Source: Bacteriovoracaceae bacterium
GTDB lineage: Bacteria > Bdellovibrionota > Bacteriovoracia > Bacteriovoracales > Bacteriovoracaceae
Direction of reading: 5' to 3'
Assembly (NCBI GenBank): GCA_049599895.1
Contig: JBMYPC010000021.1
Span: 1-30,448 of the forward strand
DNA: 30,448 nt
Positions 26,957 to 30,448 of the stretch are shown one piece after another (the first letter of the stretch is position 1; each line of letters starts with the position of its first letter). The notes below the pieces were generated by a model. The model was given only the letters and a program-made list of their open reading frames with translations. It was not told where the DNA came from and searched no databases. Both the position numbers and the translations under genes were made by a program.

Positions 26957-27832
26957 GTGACGACTGAGACACTCGAAAATCACTCAAATCAAGAACTTAA
27001 ACAAGCTCCTCAAAAAAGAAAAAAAGTATCAATCGGTCCTGTCATGGAGTTTCGCCGTGAAGGAATTGAACTTATTGATATGTTCATCATTCCTAAAACG
27101 AAATCATTAATGGTGAATATTCCAAACCGCAACCTGAGCTCTGAACTCATCGCTGAACTCATTAATACCTTTCAGTGGTGCCAAGAACACACAGAAGTGA
27201 AAACTCTCATCATTAACCCTCAAAGTGAAATTTATCCCGAGTTTTATTTTGAAGATCTCGCAGGCAGGGACCAAAAGGAAATCGAGAAATACTTTCAAAG
27301 TTTTTTAGAACTTCAAACTTTATTTCACAATCTCCCCCAACTCACAGTTTTCAATCTTTCTAATTGTGAATCTTATGCCTTCTTTGAGCTTAGTCTAGCA
27401 GCTGATATGAGATTAGCTTCAGAATTTATCAATGTTCCAATGCCAATGATTAAACGAGGTCTTTTTCCCATGGCCGGAACTCTTGCAATGATGAATGAAA
27501 AACAATCTGAATCTCTTAAGCAAGCCGTATATCTTTCAAAAGACTTAAATATTGAGACACTGATTAAACTTGACCTCACAACAGAGGTCTATAAAAAGAG
27601 TTCAAAACAAATCAATCAAATACTAAGGGCCAATCATGAGGCCCTATCTGAAGTTAGGGCCTCCCTTAAATTCCTCAATTCAAGGCATGAAAAGTTTGAA
27701 CACTTCTCAAAACTTAGCCTTGAAACAAATAAAAAGCTTCTTGCGACTAACGAATTTAGAATGCGCTATGAAACTCAGAAAGCTCAGATTATTGACCTAA
27801 ACCGTGAAAAGCTTTTAAGGCAAGCACTTTAG
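26957..27832 (+). CDS. Divergent enoyl-CoA hydratase/crotonase-fold protein
   Basis: GTG start with AAGGAAGG SD; RNLSSELIAEL...EVKTLII...FHNLPQLTV...FELSLAADMRLA...KRGLFPMAGT follow the crotonase pattern with altered Gly/Glu positions. Confidence 0.7.
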   Translation: MTTETLENHSNQELKQAPQKRKKVSIGPVMEFRREGIELIDMFIIPKTKSLMVNIPNRNLSSELIAELINTFQWCQEHTEVKTLIINPQSEIYPEFYFEDLAGRDQKEIEKYFQSFLELQTLFHNLPQLTVFNLSNCESYAFFELSLAADMRLASEFINVPMPMIKRGLFPMAGTLAMMNEKQSESLKQAVYLSKDLNIETLIKLDLTTEVYKKSSKQINQILRANHEALSEVRASLKFLNSRHEKFEHFSKLSLETNKKLLATNEFRMRYETQKAQIIDLNREKLLRQAL

Positions 27833-28722
27833 ATTCTCAGAATTGTTTTAACATCATATTCGTTAAAAACATCATCAGCTAAGACATTTTCAGGGCCTAA
27901 GCCTAGGATAAAGCCTCCACCTCCAGCTCCACAAAGCTTGAGATAAAAGGAATCTGTATCAATACCGTGGCACCAAACATCGTGAAATAGCTTAGGCACC
28001 ATCTGACTAAAGTTCTTTAATTGAAACTCAGAGAGCTCTTTAAAAGAGTTTAAAAGCATACCTGTATTCTGGTTTAAGAAGTTCTCAATGCAAGAGTTTG
28101 TGGTTGGAATAAGTACGTCGTTGCAAAGATTTGTAAAGTCTCGGGCTTTACACTTTTCTAAAAATAAATTCACAAGAGGTTCAGTCTTTCTTGCACGATG
28201 TGTATTGAGCAAGAACATAACAAGATTTGATTTTTCAGACTTTCCAGGTATTTCGATTTTCTGAACGTTCTTTCCTTTTTCAAGAAAAATAGGACAATTC
28301 AAATAGCTAATAAGGGGATCAACACCAGAGCTTGATCCATGAAAATGAGATTCAAGTTTACTAAAAATTTGTTTTAGCTCTTCAATATTTTCGGTTTTCT
28401 CTTCAACATATCTTTCATAAACACTGGCAACGAGAGCGCCAGAAGAGCCCACACCAAATCCTTGCGGAATAGTCGAATCAAAAGTCAGACCTCTCCCAAT
28501 ATCAAAAAGAAATGATTGAACATCGATTGTGCAATTTAATTCATTTTTTTGAATAATTCGTTTAAGAAATTGTCCAAAGGCCTTAAGCTCTGGATCAATA
28601 AAATGTCTCTTTTCATGAAACTTAAGTTTCCCCTCAAAATAAGGATAAGGGATGCTTAGGGCATTTGAATTGAGAATAATAGAATACTCACCAAAAAGGA
28701 GAATCTTGGAAGGATAGCTCAT
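27829..28722 (-). CDS. Mevalonate kinase family GHMP kinase (Bacteroidota type)
   Basis: SKILLFGEYSII, STIPQGFGVGSSGA, FHGSSSGVDPL, LKLCGAGGGGF; ATGA overlap with mvaD. Mevalonate versus phosphomevalonate specificity cannot be read from sequence. Confidence 0.85.
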   Translation of the reverse strand: MSYPSKILLFGEYSIILNSNALSIPYPYFEGKLKFHEKRHFIDPELKAFGQFLKRIIQKNELNCTIDVQSFLFDIGRGLTFDSTIPQGFGVGSSGALVASVYERYVEEKTENIEELKQIFSKLESHFHGSSSGVDPLISYLNCPIFLEKGKNVQKIEIPGKSEKSNLVMFLLNTHRARKTEPLVNLFLEKCKARDFTNLCNDVLIPTTNSCIENFLNQNTGMLLNSFKELSEFQLKNFSQMVPKLFHDVWCHGIDTDSFYLKLCGAGGGGFILGLGPENVLADDVFNEYDVKTILRI

Positions 28723-29765
28723 TCAATTTCCCCAAAGACTTCGTGCTTCTTAGGCTCTCCACCAATCTCATCATAAATAACTTTTGAAATATTGAACTCC
28801 AAACGGCATTGCTCAACAAACTCAAGCATAAGTTCTTTTTCGTAGAGAGGGTAGATTAAATGAATATTAGGCCCTGCATCTAAAGTAAAACCAATTGAAG
28901 CATTATTTTTCGATCGAAAACTGTAGAGTTTTTCAATAACTGCAATTGTGTCTGGCCTTAATAGGAGAAATTGGGGATTGGATGTCATCATTAAAGCGTG
29001 AAGTTCCAAAGCTTCTTTTTCGAGAATATTGATAAACTCCTTCCAATCACCTGTTTGTAATGCTTCTAATACAGAGTCATAATTTTTTTTAGCGTTCATC
29101 AGTCTTTTTTCTCGATAAATATGATCATCCATCAATGAATGCCCAACACTTGAACCCACCTTCTTTTCAGAATCATCGATAACAACAATAGAGTCCCCGA
29201 CTTGTTGAAAAGCATGATGTTCAATCTGAATTTGATGAGAAAACTCCTCGGAAGTGTCTCCCCAACTGACAAAGGGTGAAAATAAAGAGCGAGAAGCTGA
29301 ACCTGAGCCAAGTCTAGCAAGAAAGCTTGCCCTATTAAAGAACTCTTCTTTACTCACTTTTTGACCGAGGAGAGAATTTTCAATCTCCGTTAAGCACAAC
29401 GCTAATGAGGCATAAAAACTTGCAGAGGAAGCAATTCCACAAGAATGAGGAAAAGTGTTTAATGACTGAATATCAAACTGAAATTTATCAACATCAAATT
29501 TAAGCTCAGGGGCAATTCTTTTTATAAGAATTTTTTTAAGCTTTTCTGCAAAACTTTGGTTTTGACGGCCTTCAAATGAAAAATTTAATAGAAAATTTGA
29601 TGACTTTAAAACCTTAACTTGAGTTTGAGTACGGCATTCGCTCAAGGTCCCACTAATATTGGGATTCATTGGTTTTTGAATTTCTTTTTTACCCCAATAC
29701 TTAACAAAAGCAATATTAGAAGGCGCACTCCAAGTGCTCTGGAACATGAAATCTTTTGCTTTCAC
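28719..29765 (-). CDS. mvaD: Diphosphomevalonate decarboxylase
   Basis: SAPSNIAFVKYWGK, NTFPHSCGIASSAS, ARLGSGSASRS, FTLDAGPNIH. Confidence 0.93.
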   Translation of the reverse strand: MKAKDFMFQSTWSAPSNIAFVKYWGKKEIQKPMNPNISGTLSECRTQTQVKVLKSSNFLLNFSFEGRQNQSFAEKLKKILIKRIAPELKFDVDKFQFDIQSLNTFPHSCGIASSASFYASLALCLTEIENSLLGQKVSKEEFFNRASFLARLGSGSASRSLFSPFVSWGDTSEEFSHQIQIEHHAFQQVGDSIVVIDDSEKKVGSSVGHSLMDDHIYREKRLMNAKKNYDSVLEALQTGDWKEFINILEKEALELHALMMTSNPQFLLLRPDTIAVIEKLYSFRSKNNASIGFTLDAGPNIHLIYPLYEKELMLEFVEQCRLEFNISKVIYDEIGGEPKKHEVFGEIE

Positions 29766-29766
29766 C

Positions 29767-30448
29767 TTATTGCCTTAAATGATTCATCTCAGAGGTTTCA
29801 GCTATTATTTGATCATAGCGAAAAATGTCTTTAAACCCACGACTCTGAAAATACTCTTTTACTGTTTCAGGGGAGTCACTACTACAGACAAGGACAAAAT
29901 CGCCTCCCCATGCACCTAAAGACTTTATAACCCCGTTAAAATCAGAGAATTTGTTATTTACAGACTCTCTTTCAAGAAGCTCTGAAAGAAAAGATTCATG
30001 AGCAAGAACCCATTCCATAAACTGTTTTTCATCATTGATATTGAGAAGATCTTCAGTAAGGCCATTCATATATGAGATCGACTTCTCAGAAAAAGGTCTG
30101 TACTTTGAGATGTTATTAATTTCTTTATCAGATCGAACCTTCTTACCCAAATAAACAAATGAGAGTTTGTCTTTATAATTTGGAGCAAAATTAGAAAGCT
30201 CCCACTTAGGTCCATCTTCATTCTTTTGATAAACAATGGGCCCATTAGATTGAGCGCAAGCAATATCATAGCCAGAACCATTAGAGTTGTTGAAGAAAAG
30301 TTCATAAACCCCAACATAGGCCCATTGAGCAAGATTATAAATGAGAGTAGAGCTGCTCCCAAGTCCCCAATCGAGAGGAAAATCAATAAACGTCTCTACT
30401 TCGACATGTCCTTCATCACGAAGGAAATGTTGGTTTTGCTTACGAACA
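29767..30448 (-). CDS. GYDIA-family GHMP kinase, 5'-truncated by the window edge
   Basis: Frame is open from the window end: ...FPLDWGLGSSSTLIYNLAQWA...NGSGYDIACA...FVYLGKK...IKSLGAWGGDF. The track's 127-aa ORF is only its C-terminal part. Confidence 0.9.
   Translation of the reverse strand, partial: VRKQNQHFLRDEGHVEVETFIDFPLDWGLGSSSTLIYNLAQWAYVGVYELFFNNSNGSGYDIACAQSNGPIVYQKNEDGPKWELSNFAPNYKDKLSFVYLGKKVRSDKEINNISKYRPFSEKSISYMNGLTEDLLNINDEKQFMEWVLAHESFLSELLERESVNNKFSDFNGVIKSLGAWGGDFVLVCSSDSPETVKEYFQSRGFKDIFRYDQIIAETSEMNHLRQ

Noticed and set aside
29767..30386. Apparent split or frameshifted gene (127-aa and 106-aa ORFs in the track)
   Set aside because: Manual translation shows one uninterrupted GYDIA-kinase frame to the window edge; the 106-aa ORF is an off-frame artefact.

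Overview
Gene-dense, low-GC bacterial chromosomal window. The gene content and order (prkA/DUF444, PP2C-M23-secA, Bacteroidota-type mevalonate genes, PilZ proteins, many secreted orphan proteins) are most consistent with a Bdellovibrionota, Bacteriovorax/Halobacteriovorax-like predator; this is an inference, not a database result. 1-14 kb is mostly housekeeping: partial DUF444 gene, prkA, PP2C phosphatase, M23 peptidase, secA, an acidic YbjQ-like protein, glpD, two paralogous orphan beta-barrel proteins, a 61-aa ORF and trxB. 14.1-26.8 kb is the most unusual part. It holds a 1331-aa secreted protein (coiled coil, six 6-Cys repeats in ABC-ABC order, two hydrophobic hairpins, motif-bearing C-terminus) behind a sigma-28-like promoter and structured leader. 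It also holds a divergent pair of related PilZ-type proteins, one fused to a degenerate sigma-54-activator ATPase, and an MMPL/RND + LolA-like + outer-membrane barrel triad carrying extra cNMP-binding and FecR-like domains. The window ends with a degenerate crotonase and the 3' part of a mevalonate-pathway operon. No rRNA, tRNA, CRISPR array or mobile element was recognised. All calls come from motif recognition by eye.
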